NCBI GenBank assembly: GCA_951406725.2
Contig: OX597836.1
Location: 22,320,001-22,384,000, forward strand
Reading direction: 5' to 3'
DNA: 64,000 nt
Source: Octopus vulgaris
Taxonomy: Eukaryota
Position 1 is the stretch's first letter, and each line of letters starts with the position of its first letter. The position numbers and the translations under genes are program-made. Of this stretch, positions 50,528-63,494 are shown in pieces. The notes under the pieces are model-generated. The model ran no database searches, was not told the origin of the DNA, and worked only from the letters and a program-made list of their open reading frames with translations.

Positions 50528-51024
50528 TATACCTTTATTTTTTTAATCTTTTTTTTTTTACTTGTTTCAGCTATTAGATCATGGTCATGCTGGGGCACCA
50601 CCTTGAAGAATCGACCCCAGTGCCTATTTTTTTTTTTTATAAACCCGGTACTTATTCCACATCTCGTTTGCCTCACTGTTAAGTTATGGGGACGTTAACA
50701 TACCAACACTGGTTGTGAAATGGTGGTGGTGGTGGTGGGCGATCACAGACACAATGACACACACATACATTATCTATCTATCTATCTATATTATCTATAT
50801 ATATATATATATATATATATGACCTTCGAAACGTGGAGTAGATGAAACAGAGGCGACTGAAGAAAGGGAATTTTCCTTGTGTTGTATGTCCTGTACTCTA
50901 TTTTTTCGTTGTTTAAGAAAAATGTCCAGTTCCTTGGTTTTGTGCTTATGTTTTCGTTTCTCATTGTGTTCGATGTTTTTTTGGTGTCCTGTACCCATAT
51001 ATGCATGTATATATACATGTAGAG

Positions 51025-51293
51025 GTGTTGTGTTCTTGAGCAAGACATTTTATTTCACGTTGCTCCAGTTCACTTAGCTGTAGAAATGAGTTGCGACGTC
51101 ACTGGTGGTGCCAAGCTGTATCGACTTTTGTCTTTCCCTTGGATAACACTGGTGGCATGGAGAGGGGAGGCTGGTATGCATGGGCGACTGCTGGCCTTCC
51201 ATAAACAACCTTGCCCGGACTTGTGTCTAGGAGGGTGACTTTCTAGGTGCAATCCCATGGTCATTCATGACCGAAGGGGGTCTTTACCCCTTT
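51025..51293 (+). mobile_element. SINE family C, 5'-truncated
   Basis: Starts in the CORE-like block, ends GGGGGTCTTTACCCCTTT; short TAGAGGT repeats on both sides. Confidence 0.85.
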
Positions 51294-51804
51294 AGAGGTA
51301 GGTACGTACATATATGTATATATGCATATGTTTTATTTATTAATTTATATATATACATATATATATATATGCATACACACATACACATGATTGGCCTCTT
51401 TTAGTTTCTGCCACGCACAATGCTTTGGCCAGCCTTGGGTTATAGCAGAAGACACTTGCCCAAGGTGCCAAGCAGTGAGACTGAACCTGGAACCATGTGG
51501 TCGGAAAGCAAGCTTATTAATACACATACACTCACACTGTCGTTATAATATTCACTTTTCTGTGCTTGCATGGGTAGAACAATACACATCGAAGATTTTC
51601 CTAGGCCTGATACCCATCCTGTCGCCAACCCTCGCCTATTTCCTAGCAAGGTAATATTTCTCCCTGACCAAACATGTTTTCATGGAAGACTGGAAACAAA
51701 TGACAGCTCTCGTATGACAGTAATGCTTTATTTTACAGCCCATCATGTGATGTCGAGCAAAGGAGACAATAAACACATAATACTATCAGGCATAAAGGGT
51801 TTCT

Positions 51805-52222
51805 GGATCTTTTTGGTTTGAACAGCAGTTTTTTCTAGTGGTGTCATATGAAATTGTCACCCATAATTATGACCCTAGTATCGATCTATTGCATTTCAAT
51901 CTGTTTTAGGGTTAGGGTTAGAGGTGGGGGGAAGGGTATCTTTTTTCTTCACAAATGTAAATAAACCCAATCTGTTTCTTAAATGAGGGACATATTCATA
52001 CGGCACAGAATGTTTTTTTACCTCAATAGACGTCAGTGATTGGTTGAAATTGCAGAAATTTATGAAAAAAAAACAATAAATATCTTACAAACAATAGAAT
52101 TTTCTCAATAAAGCCAAGAGAAAAAGATGTTTTATAATCACATTCTACCAGTATACGAAGTTTAAAATTTTTTAGTTACCTAGAAATTATGTTAAAAACT
52201 GCCATTCAAACCGAAAAGATCC
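51805..52222. mobile_element. 418-bp non-autonomous DNA transposon with 8-bp TSD (Merlin-like termini; superfamily uncertain)
   Basis: TIRs GGATCTTTTTGGTTTGAACAGCAGTTTTT / AAAAACTGCCATTCAAACCGAAAAGATCC; perfect TSD GGGTTTCT (51797-804, 52223-30); internal TTAGGGTTAGGGTTAG. Confidence 0.88.
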
Positions 52223-52422
52223 GGGTTTCTTTCTGTTCGTGTCAAGCAGATCTACTCATAAGTATCTGGTCAGTCTGGGGCTTTATAGTAAAATGCACTT
52301 ACCCTAAGTGCTATCCATTGAGACTGAACATGAAAACGTGGTTGGGAAGTGATAGTGTTTTTTTTATAAAATTCCACTCACAATGCATTAGTCAACACGG
52401 TAAAAAGAAATTAAAAAAATTA

Positions 52423-52561
52423 CGCAATGTGGCTGTGTGGTAAGTAGCTTGCTAACCAACCACATGGTTGGCACCTTGGGCAAGTGTCTTCTGCTATAGC
52501 CTCGGGCCGACCAATGCCTTGTGAGTGGATTTGGTAGACGGAAACTGAAAGAAGCCTGTCG

Positions 52562-52607
<46 letters not shown>

Positions 52608-52848
52608 GTGTGTGTGTGTGTGTATGTATGTTTGTGTGTCTGTGTTTGTCCGTCTAGCATTGCTTGACAACCGATGCTAGTGTGTTTACGTCCCCGTCAC
52701 TTAGCGGTTCGGCAAAAAGAGACCGATAGAATAAGTACTGGGCTTACAAAAAGAATAAGTCCCGGGGGTCGATTTGCTCGACTAAAGGCGGTGCTCCAGC
52801 ATGGCCGCAGTCAAATGACTGAAGCAAGTAAAAGAGTAAAAAGAGTAA
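52423..52848 (+). mobile_element. SINE family A with B-box deletion
   Basis: CACATGGTT|GGCACCTTGGG lacks the CCGGGTTCAGTCCCACTGCG segment seen in other copies. Confidence 0.9.
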
Positions 52849-52899
52849 TAATGTACAGTAGAATCGAACCGAGAACTACCTGGTTGTGAAGCAAATGAT

Positions 52900-54800
52900 T
52901 TAACAACACAGCCATGCCTTCACTTGTAATAGGCAGTTGTTTTGTAAGATAAACATAAAACAAAAAGCCAGCAATTTTCCACACACACAGATGAGTAACA
53001 GTCGCATAGAAATGACTTATGATGAACACAAACACATGTATACACAAAGTCTATAACGAAAAAGAGGTGGCGAGAGAGAGAGAAAGAAAGCTAGAGGTGA
53101 CAGAGACAGAGACATACGTATAGAACCATGAGTATAGCATACACATCCGATACTATTAATACACACACTCCATCATATAGTATTAACACACACGTCAGGT
53201 ACTATTAGCGCTCGCTCGCACACACCAGAAACTATTAATACAAGCCAGAAAAAGGAAGAAACTAGAGATATAGTGAAAAAGGAGCAGAAATAAACACACA
53301 TACATATACACACACACATATATATATATATAAGCGTAATGAACATAGCCACACAAACACACATATACATACACATGTATTGAACAAAGCTACACACACA
53401 CATATACATACACCTATTGAATATAGACACGCACATTCTATAAAAGTTACACGGCACATACATACGCACACATCTGTTAAACAGACGTACACATCTGTTA
53501 AAAAGACGCATACATCTGTTAAACTGACACACAAACACGTCTATTAAAACAGTTACAAACGCACACATACGCACACACACACACACATCTATTTAAAGCA
53601 AACACACAGACACTTTTTTTTTTTTTACATTTTTTTACATTTTTCCCCCTTTCTTTTTTGATAGTTATAAACCACATAGAAGAAAAAAAGGGGGTGAAAA
53701 ATAGACGACACACATCTATTATAGGTTTTTCACACATTTTTAAATAACAGTTATAATACGCTAGAAGGAGAGGAGGGGGTGTGAATATAAAGATATAACA
53801 CACATACACACAGACATATACATACATGTACACAAACACAGACAGACCACACACACACACACACACGATGAATCACACAAACACACACACATCGTTAATC
53901 CCAAACACTATTTCGTCTCTCTCTAACCAGATGCACCTGACACAATCACTTCTATTTGGGAGATTTCAGCCAGCCAGCCTCCGCCTCCTCCTCTTCTTCT
54001 TCTTCGTCGTCCCCCCCTCCCACTTCCAGTCCCTTCCACTTTCACACCTTCTGCCTCCCCTCCCCTCCCACTACTACTACCATCACCACTCCGCTCCCTC
54101 GTTCCGTACAGCATCACAAATTACAATTCACTATAACATACATGTTATATACAGACAGACACTAAAGTCTTTCTTTCTCTATAAAGGAAAGCTTATTCTC
54201 CTACAGCAGCAACAGCATCAGCAGCAACAGCATCAGCAGCAATGGCAACATCAACAGCATCAGTTGAACTACAAAGCTACTGTTATCACGTTAGACACAC
54301 ACACACACACACATATCCATTCTATCTTGATCTCTGTTTCTCTCTCTCTCTCTATCATCTACCTATCTAATTTGATTTCTCCCTCCCTCTCTCTCTACAA
54401 CTCTCATCCTCTCCTTATCTAGTTATCTATCAACCTACATATCTAAATCTGATTCTCTCTATTTTGATCTCTCTCTCTCTCTCTCTCTCGCTCTACACAC
54501 GTGTGTGTGTGTGTGTGTATGGATGTATAAGTGTGCATGTATATATAAGTCAGTGTGTGTGTGTTTGATCTCTTGCTTTCCCCAATCGCTAGATTTGGTA
54601 TTTTAGAAGATAAATGGTTTTGTTATTTTACATGTTTATTATTACTATTATTATTATTATTATTACTATTATTATTATTATCATTATTATTATTATTATT
54701 ATTATTGTTATTATTATTATGTGATAATTTTAACATTCTGAATATAGTCATCCATATCTAGAGGCAGGCGTGGTAAATATGTACACATACAAACACATAC
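52900..54800. promoter_or_regulatory. Candidate CpG-richer, TE-free promoter/first-exon island (possibly of the FARP gene)
   Basis: About 1.9 kb with no recognisable SINE or MITE, many CpGs outside repeats (GCGCTCGCTCGC, TTCGTCGTCC, CTCCGCTCCCTCGTTCCG), pyrimidine tracts and a (CAG/CAA)n run. Possible minus-strand donor TAC|GTATGT at 53118/53117. Confidence 0.35.
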
Positions 54801-55038
54801 AGACACAAACATACACAAACACTCTCTCAGCTCTCTCTAGCAACATAATTCTTGCTATTCCAAGATACCTCAAAAAGGATATTTAAGACCATCATCATTT
54901 AACATCTGCGTTCCATGCTAGCATGGGTTGGGCGGATCGACAAGAATTAGCAAATCAATGTAATAATTACTGGTATCTTTATATATTTTATATGTAAAGC
55001 ATAATATGTTATACATGTATGTATATTCCTGTAATTGT

Positions 55039-55340
55039 CACACGTAAAAAGCACCATCCGATTGTGGCCGTTGCCAGCCTCGCCTGGCCCCCGTGCCGGT
55101 GGCACATAAAAAGCACCACCCGACCGTGGCCGTTTGCCAGCTCTGTCTGGCAGCTGTGCCGGTGGCACGTAAAAAGCACCCACTACACTCATGGAGTGGT
55201 TGGCGTTAGGAAGGGCATCCAGCCATAGAAACACTGCCAGATCAGACTGGGCCTGGTGCAGCCTCCTGGCTTCCCAGACCCCAGTTGAACCGTCCAACCT
55301 GTGCTAGCATGGAAAGCGGATGCTGAATGATGATGATGAT
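55039..55340 (+). mobile_element. RTE 3' UTR fragment
   Basis: Same cassettes and tail; further copies at about 9868-10047 (+), 54890-54935 (-), 55595-55782 (+), 57670-57897 (+) and 61074-61408 (-). Confidence 0.85.
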
Positions 55341-55789
55341 GAATATAATGTCTAAAAGTTGATGAACCTATTGATCCCCTCCATTTTCTTATTGCTCTAC
55401 ATATATATATATATAGAGAGAGAGAGGGGGGGAGACAGAGATGTATATACATATATACATGCACAAGAATGCATATGTAAATAGATGTATATGCACACAC
55501 ACACACAAATATGTGTGTGTGTGTGTGACTGTCCTTGCATATTGGCATGTCCTCCTGCATCCCTCTCCAACTGATCATCGCTAATCCTGCAGGCTCATTG
55601 GTGCTGGTGCCACATAAAAGCACTGGTGCCAATGCTGTTATAAGAGAACCCAGTGCACTCTGCGAAGTGACTGGCATTAGGAAAGGCATCCAGCCATAGA
55701 AACCATACTCTGCAGCTGGCCAGCTCCTGTCAAACCATCCGATACATGCCAACATGGAAAATGGACATGAAATGATGATGATGTATATA

Positions 55790-56196
55790 GATGCAGGAGT
55801 GGCTGTGTGATAAGTATCTTGCTTGCCAACCACATGGTTCCGGGTTCAGTCCCACTGCGTCACACCTTGGGCAAGTGTCTTCTACTATAGCCTCGGGCTG
55901 ACCAAAGCCTTGTGTGTGGATTTGGTAGACGGAAACTGAAAGAAGCCTGTTGTGTATATGTATATATATATTTGTGTGTCTGTGTTTGTCCCTCCCGCCC
56001 AACATCGCTTGACAACCAATGCTGGTGTGTTCATGTCCCCGTAACTTAGCAGTTCGGTAAAAGAGACCGATAGAATAAGCACTAGGCTTACAAAGAATAA
56101 GTCCTGGGGTTGATTTGCTCGACTAAAGGCGGTGCTCCAGCATGGCCACAGTCAAATGACTGAAACAAGTAAAAGAGAGTAAAAGAGTAAAGAGTA
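55790..56196 (+). mobile_element. SINE family A, full length
   Basis: Consensus match. Confidence 0.92.
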
Positions 56197-56322
56197 TACA
56201 CATAGATACATGCATTCGTGTGCATGTATAAATGTATGTGCATCTCTGTCCCTCTCTTTCTCTCTCTCACAGATATAGGCATATGCGTATGTATAAGAAA
56301 TTAAGTAAATGGCAAAGGAGCA

Positions 56323-56546
56323 GGAAATTATGCAAAGAACTCCATTAACTAACAGCTGTTTCTGCAAGAAGATGCCACTCAGAGCTGACTTCTTGTGCAT
56401 TACCTGGTAGCTTTCCTGAAGCTTCCAAAACGAACAGCACTTTCATTTTGGAAGCTATAGGATGATGCACAAGCAGTCAGCTCTGCATGTGCTGCATCTT
56501 TAAGCAGAAACAGCTGGAAGCTAATGAAGTTCTCTGCATAATTTCC
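56323..56546. repeat. Imperfect ~220-bp palindrome made of two inverted halves of the 31169 hammerhead family
   Basis: The right arm contains GCAGAAACAGCTGGAAGCTAATGAAGTTC (cf. 31231-31259) and the left arm its diverged reverse complement; inner hairpin AGCTTCCAAAA..TTTTGGAAGCT. Confidence 0.7.
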
Positions 56547-56723
56547 AGTCCGTTTGTTATTCCGAAGCATATGTGTATTGAGTTCTGACATTAGGTTAAT
56601 AGTATCACAATGGATAAACGAAACACTAATATGTGTATGTACATATATGTGTGTGTGTGTGTGTGCATGTTTAGTTATATACACATGTATGCATATATAT
56701 GTGTATGTATATATATATATATA

Positions 56724-57134
56724 GGCATAGAAGTGGCTGTGTGGTAAGTAGCTTGCTTACGAATGACATGGTTCCGGGTTCAGTCCCACTGCATGGCACC
56801 TTGGGCAAGTGTCTTCTACTATTGCCTTGGGCCGACCAAAGCCTTGTGAGTGGATTTGGTAGACAGAAACTGAAAGAAGCCCGTCGTATATATGTATATA
56901 TGTATGTGTGTGTGTATATGTTTGTGTGTCTGTGTTTGTCCCCCCCAACATCGCTTGACAACTGATGCAGATGTGTTTACATCCCTGTAACTTAGTGGTT
57001 CAGCAAAAGAGACCGATAGAATAAGTTCTAGGCTTACAAAGAATAAGTCCTGGGGTCGATTTGCTCGACTAAAGGCGGTGCTCCAGCATGGCTGCAGTCA
57101 AATGACTGAAACAAGTAAAAGAGTAAAAGAGTAA
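56724..57134 (+). mobile_element. SINE family A, full length
   Basis: Consensus match. Confidence 0.92.
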
Positions 57135-59000
57135 TACCATAGTAGAAATTAAGAATATTTTTCTCTGAGGTTGAATCAATCTTTTGCTACTTTGGAGATT
57201 TGCCAGTATGTTCTCAAGCCATCATCATCGTCATTATTTTAACATCCACTTCTTCATATTTGCATGGGTTAGATGGAGTCTGCTGAGGTGGATTTTCTAT
57301 GGCCAGATACTCTTCCTGTTGCCAAATTTCACCTGTTCCCAAGTAAAGTAATATTTCCCTCATGACCAAATCTGATTGGAAATGAAGAACCCTGCTTGCA
57401 TGACAGAGTTCAAATTCTGCCGAGGTCGACTTTGCCTTTCATCCTTTCAGGGTCGTTTAAATAGGTACCAGTTACGCACTGGGGTCAATATAATCAACTT
57501 AATCTGTTTGTCTGTCCTTGTTTGTCCCCTCTGTGTGTAGCCCCTTGCAAGCAGTAAAGAAATAAGAAATAGTAAAATTTGGTATGTTTGTATATCTACA
57601 TTATAGGTTACCACATATATATGAGTGTGATAATGAACCACCGCTTGGCGACGGCCCGATCCCTTCTCCATCGTCCGATCGTGGCCGTTTGCCAGCCCCG
57701 TTTGGCAGCTGTGCCGGTGACACGTAAAAGCACCCACTACACTCACAGAGTGGTTGGCGTTAAGAAGGGCATCCAGCCGTAGAAACATTGCCAGATCAGA
57801 CTGGGCCTGGTGCAGCTTTCTGGCTTCCCAGACCCCTGTTGAACCGTCCAACCCATGCTAGCATGGAAAGCGGATGCTAAACGATGATGATGATGATATG
57901 AGTGTGTGTGTTAACATGTATATATGAGAGTGTGTGTGTGTGTATGTTTTAGGTGTAGTTCTTAGATAGTTAAGAATAGTAAAAATGTATTAATCAGCCT
58001 CAGATGAAAGTTTTCTTGCTTCCACCAGCCATCATTGCCACCACCCTGAATCTTATTTTATTGGATGTGACAAGTGTAGTAACGTTGTATAGTTTAATAT
58101 CGTAAGTAAAAGTACATTGTGAAGTTCTGTAATTTCAAAGTAATACAGGAACTGGTGTCAATCTTGGAGCTGTGATTCCCACAATTGTTAGTGAAGGTGT
58201 ATAGGCAAAGGTACACTTTGTATTAAGAAATTCTTGAACAGCAGATATTAGCAAGAGAGAGGGAGAGGAATGGAGAGAGAGAGAGACAGAGACGGGGGTC
58301 AGAGAAACAGAAAGAAGAATATATCTTCAAGGATGTTTTGTGTTACCTAATATATATCATTTTTGTGAAGAATAGCATCTTTAGGCATCAGATTCTAAAG
58401 GACCACACCCTACTTAGTAGCATTTATAAATGAGTGTTACAACAGATTGTTTGTGTACTTCTGACAGGACAGGTACTGTAACCGTTTTGATACTAATTCA
58501 CCTGAACTTTTCCTGCTTCTATGATATAAACATCCAGTTTCTAAAGTGATCTAAATTAAAACAGTCCATCAAAATTTCACGTTAATTTGTTCCAAACGCC
58601 AGATTGATAACGTTTTCCTTGCTAACCACTAAGGGAAACACCAAATCAATAATGACAGTTAACTAAATTCTTCATTACTTCCATAATTAACTGAAACAAA
58701 AGCAGTGTATTTCAACAGAATTATGGCAATAAAAGGAATCAGGAAGTATTTCTCTGCAGGTGTTTTGACAATTAAGGTTCATCAACATTTTAATGTCCAA
58801 TTTTCCATGACTGCATGGGTCAAGCACAATTCGTTCAGGCACATTTTCTACAGCAAGATGTCCATCTTGTAACCAAGCCTCACCTGTTTCCAAGTAAGGT
58901 AATATTTCTCCTTACCTGGACACGTTTTCACAAGACACTGTATTCAAATGACACTGATTCTCACAACTAATACATGATGGAAAGGCAAGGAAACACATAT

Positions 59001-59221
59001 TACTCTTTACTCTTTTACTTGTTTCAGTCATTTGACTGCGGCCATGCTGGAGCACCACCTTTAGTCGAGCAAATCGACCCCAGGACTTACTCTTTGTAAG
59101 CCCAGTACTTTATTCTATCGGTCTCTTTTGCCGAACCGCTAAGTGACGGGGACGTAAACACACCGGCATCGGTTGTCAAGCAATGCTAGGGGGACAAACA
59201 CAGACACACAAACACATACAC

Positions 59222-59262
<41 letters not shown>

Positions 59263-59427
59263 TACGACAGGCTTCTTTCAGTTTCCGTCTACCAAATCCA
59301 CTCACAAGGCATTGGTCGGCCCGGGGCTATAGCAGAAGACACTTGCCCAAGATGCCACGCAGTGGGACTGAACCCGGAACCATGTGGTTGGTTAGCAAGC
59401 TACTTACCACACAGCCACTCCTGTGCC
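59001..59427 (-). mobile_element. SINE family A, full length
   Basis: Consensus match. Confidence 0.93.
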
Positions 59428-59929
59428 TATGTGCATATATTTACATGCGCCTATGTGCACATATGTGCATATATTTACATATAAAGAACAGGCTTCTTTC
59501 AGTTTCCATCAACCAAATCCACTCACAAGGCTTTGCTCAGCCTGAGGCCATAAAACAAGACACTTGCCAAGGTACCACTCAGTGGGACTGAACCCTAAAC
59601 CATGTGGTTGGGAACCAAATAGCCTGTTTCTTAAAAGAAAGAAGCTAAAACATGACGATGATACTTGTAAGCAGAAACCATCAATACATACAATTAACAA
59701 GTATTTCAGTGTATACTTGTGTTACACATAATACAGAGAGTGGACAAAAAAAATTAACTTTGATTATCCATGTAATTAGTAAACAAAAACTCCCTCAAAG
59801 TGTTTAAAATTCTAGAGAAAGAGGGAGAGAATTCCAATGATACAAGCTAATTGAAACTTTTGGGAAAAAATGGTAATACAGAGAGGAATGATTCTTGTCT
59901 AATTTTTGTAGTTTCCAGAGGTAGGTAGG

Positions 59930-59964
<35 letters not shown>

Positions 59965-61030
59965 TCGCGTGTGTGCATGCATGTGTGTAGTGAAAGATAT
60001 ACAAAATTTAATAGAAGAGACACACAAATGGATAAACTCGTTTCATAAGCCGTGCTTTTATCTGAAGTCAGTATGATTTTAGTGCTGGAAAATATGGATT
60101 GCTCATCTACAAAGCACCAACTTTGTACTTGTGCTTTTATTTTAGTTTCTGATCCACAGAAGAATAAAAGGAAAGTTGGCTTCAACAGGGTTTGAACACA
60201 TGATTCAAACAGTTGGAATGATTACTGCAAAATATTTTATTCAACGCTCTAATGATTCTACTAACCCACAGTCTTCAAGGAAGCCTTACTAAGTGACAGT
60301 GATGGTAGTAGTAGTAATAGTAAACGTCATCTGATAAAACATTTCATATATCATTCACCTAATTTTATAAATCACTATTTACGTACCAGATCTCTCTGCT
60401 AGTTCTAAGAACGATGATGGATGTTTGCCAATACACACACAGAGACACACATAGTCACACACATGCACACACGTCCTCAGCAGGTTCAAAAGAGGTACCA
60501 AAAACAGATGTTGCTCTATCAGATCTTCTTGGAAAACAGGAGAGTTCTACATGCTCCCATTTTGTGTGTACTGTAATCAGTAAGTGTAGATAAGGCTGTG
60601 TGGTTAAGAATCTTGCCTCCCAACCATGTGGTCTTGGGTTCAGTCCCACTGTGAAGCAACTTGGAAAAGTGTCTTCTTTCTACAACAGTCCCAGGTTCAT
60701 CAAAGCCTTGGGAGTGGATTTTGTAGACAGAAACTATATGAAAGCCTGTTGCAATGTGTCTGCATATATATTGGGAGATTGTGGTTTTGATACCTAAATT
60801 AGGCATTGTGTTGTGTTCTTGAGGAAAGCACTTCATTTCATGTTGCTTTGTGATCATTTGTCATCGGACATGTAGTACATCAGGTACCTGTGCAGGTAAT
60901 GTCGATTTGAGGGAGGGGGTGAGTTTATGTGCTACACAAACATTTGATCAGTATAAATAGATCATCTATATGGTTGTTCAGCAAGAAATTAGAGAAACCT
61001 CATTATGTCATCTAACGACAGGATAGTCCA

Positions 61031-61074
<44 letters not shown>

Positions 61075-61752
61075 TAATCATCATCATCGTTTAATGCCCG
61101 CTTTCCATGCTAGCATGGGTTGGACTATTTGACTGAGGACTGGCGAACCAGATGGCTACACCAGGTTCCAATCTGATCTGGCAGAGTTTCTACAACTGGC
61201 TGCCCTTCCTAATGCCAACCACTCCGAGAGTGTAGTGAGTGCTTTTACTTGCCACCGGCACGAGGGTCAGTCAGGCGGTACTGGCAACGGCCACGCTCAA
61301 ATGGTGTTTTTTACATGCCACCTGCACAAGAGCCAGTCCAGCGGCACTGGCAACAACCTCGCTCGAATGTTTTTCACGTGCCAGTAAGTCGATGCTGGTA
61401 ACGATCACACTCATGTAGATAGATAGATGCGTGTGTGTGTGTGTGTAACCACTGCTTGACAACCGGTGTTGGTTTACTTATGTCCCTGTAACTTGGCAGT
61501 TCAGTAAAAGAGACCGAAAGAATAAGTACCAGATGGAATAAAGAATAAATACTGGAATTGATTTGTTGAACTTAATCCTTCAAGTGAAGTGCCCCAACAT
61601 GGTCGCAGTCTAAAGACAGAAACAAGTAAAAGGTGAGATGCTTTTTTTTTTAGATTGTGTTTCCTCCATCTGCACAGATGTTCCTCCAATAGTTTTTGTC
61701 CTTCATTGCCGACTTCAACTTCAAGAAGCTGATTGGCCACTGTTGGTCACTA

Positions 61753-62016
61753 ATGTTGACATACTTATTTCTTTACTACCCACAAGGGGCTAAACACATA
61801 GGGGACAAACAAGGACAGACAAACGGATTAAGTCGATTATATCGACCCCAGTGCGTAACTGGTACTTATTTAATTGACCCCGAAAGGATGTCGATTAAAT
61901 AAGTACCAGTTACGCACTAGGGTCGATATAATCGACTTAATCCGTTTGTCTGTCCTGTTTGTCCTCTCTCTGTGTTTAGCCCCTTGTGGGTAGTAAAGAA
62001 ATAAGTATGTCAACAT
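61753..62016. repeat. Near-perfect fold-back of a SINE B 3' half (arms 61753-61878 and 61890-62016)
   Basis: Arms are reverse complements including the non-SINE flank ATGTTGACATAC/GTATGTCAACAT; 11-nt spacer. Confidence 0.92.
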
Positions 62017-62324
62017 ATATTGTAGCCAGTAGACCTCTGCTTCTGTGGACATACATTGATCCCCAGAGTAACACCCACCCCCCGCCATGCGTTCAATCCT
62101 GGCACTAAATTCACCATGCTCTACTCCCAGACAGCTATCAGCTGATTATTTAGGGTTTCACACCACCACTGGCAGGTGAAATAATAATGGAGATAAACCA
62201 ACAAAGCAAAGCAAAGCAAATCAGCCAAGACAGTTCTTATCACTTCTTTACATTATTTATGTTCACCTTCCAAAATGAATATTTACTTTTCTTTTTCTCC
62301 CCTTTTTATTTTTTTAATCTTTTA

Positions 62325-62554
62325 TCTTTTACTTGTTTCAGACATTAATTAGACTGTGGAACATCCTGGGGTACCACCTTCAGAAATTTTCAGTCAAATG
62401 AATCAACTTCAGTAATAATTTTTCTTTATTTTTTAAGCCTGGTACTTATTCTATCAATCTCTTTTGCCGAACTGCTAAGTTGTGGGGATGTAAACACACC
62501 AATTTTCCAGTGGTGGTAGGGAACAAACAAATACACACATTATATATATATATA

Positions 62555-62598
<44 letters not shown>

Positions 62599-62767
62599 TA
62601 TACATGACAGGCTTCTTTCAGTTTCCGTCTACCAAATCCACTCACAAGGCCTTGATTGGCCCAAGGCTATAGTAGAGGACAATCGCCCAAGGGGCCACAC
62701 AGTGAGACTGAACCTGGAACCGTATGGTTGGGAACCGAGCTCCTTACCACCCGGTAATGCCTGTGCC
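62325..62767 (-). mobile_element. SINE family A, diverged
   Basis: Consensus match with many substitutions. Confidence 0.82.
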
Positions 62768-63494
62768 TTTTTTCTTTTTCTCATAAAATTTTGTCCAGGA
62801 ATCCCACCCCAGTGTAGAGACTGCAAACCACTGAGGTCCCTCCCCCAATCCCCATTATAAAACAGTTAAGAAACTGAGAAAAATCCCTTGCTATCTTAAG
62901 AAGAAGATAAGTCTAGCACAAATATCCCTGGCCTAAAATGAATCTAAACTACCAGTTCTCCTCGCAGCTAGGTAAACAAGAGATAATATAGAGACAGACA
63001 TGTTTGATATAACTTCATATTGCCACCATCACCACCACCACCACCACCACCACCACCGCCACCGCCACCATTACCTAGGTCGTGACAGTCTTATCTCATT
63101 CTAACTGTTTTGCCCACCACACCCACCGCTTCTACTCCCATCACTAGCGTGTCAAAACAATGGTCTGGCTGGAGGCAGTATTTGATGATATAGAGCAAAG
63201 GAATGGGAAGTGGAACTGGATTGGTCGGAGCGGAGTAAGGGATATATATCTCTTAGGTTGAAGGTAACAGTACCACATGGTGGTGGTGGTGGAGGATGAA
63301 GAGGATAAGGAGGAGGAGCAGAGGAAGAACAGGAGGAGGAGAAGGAGCAGAAGAACAGAAGGAGGAATCCTCTAGAATTTCTTACTCATGATTCTACCAA
63401 CTTATTGCTTTCATTCTTTTACATATTTCAATCCTAAGGCTGTGGCCATGCTGGAGCAACGCTAGTAATAATAATGATAATAATAATAATAATA

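Noticed and set aside
50820-50875. GAAAC..GTA followed by CTGAAGA (type II hammerhead-like order); similar arrangement at about 35205-35250 on the minus strand
   Set aside because: Stem I cannot form, and the second case lacks the GAAAC/NUH core; probably repeat remnants, not callable as ribozymes.
51904-51921. Interstitial telomere or chromosome-fusion scar
   Set aside because: Only two to three TTAGGG units, and they are internal to a TIR element.
53826-54422. 198-aa ORF with poly-Gln
   Set aside because: Low-complexity (CA, CTT, CAG repeats) with no domain; more likely UTR or promoter sequence.
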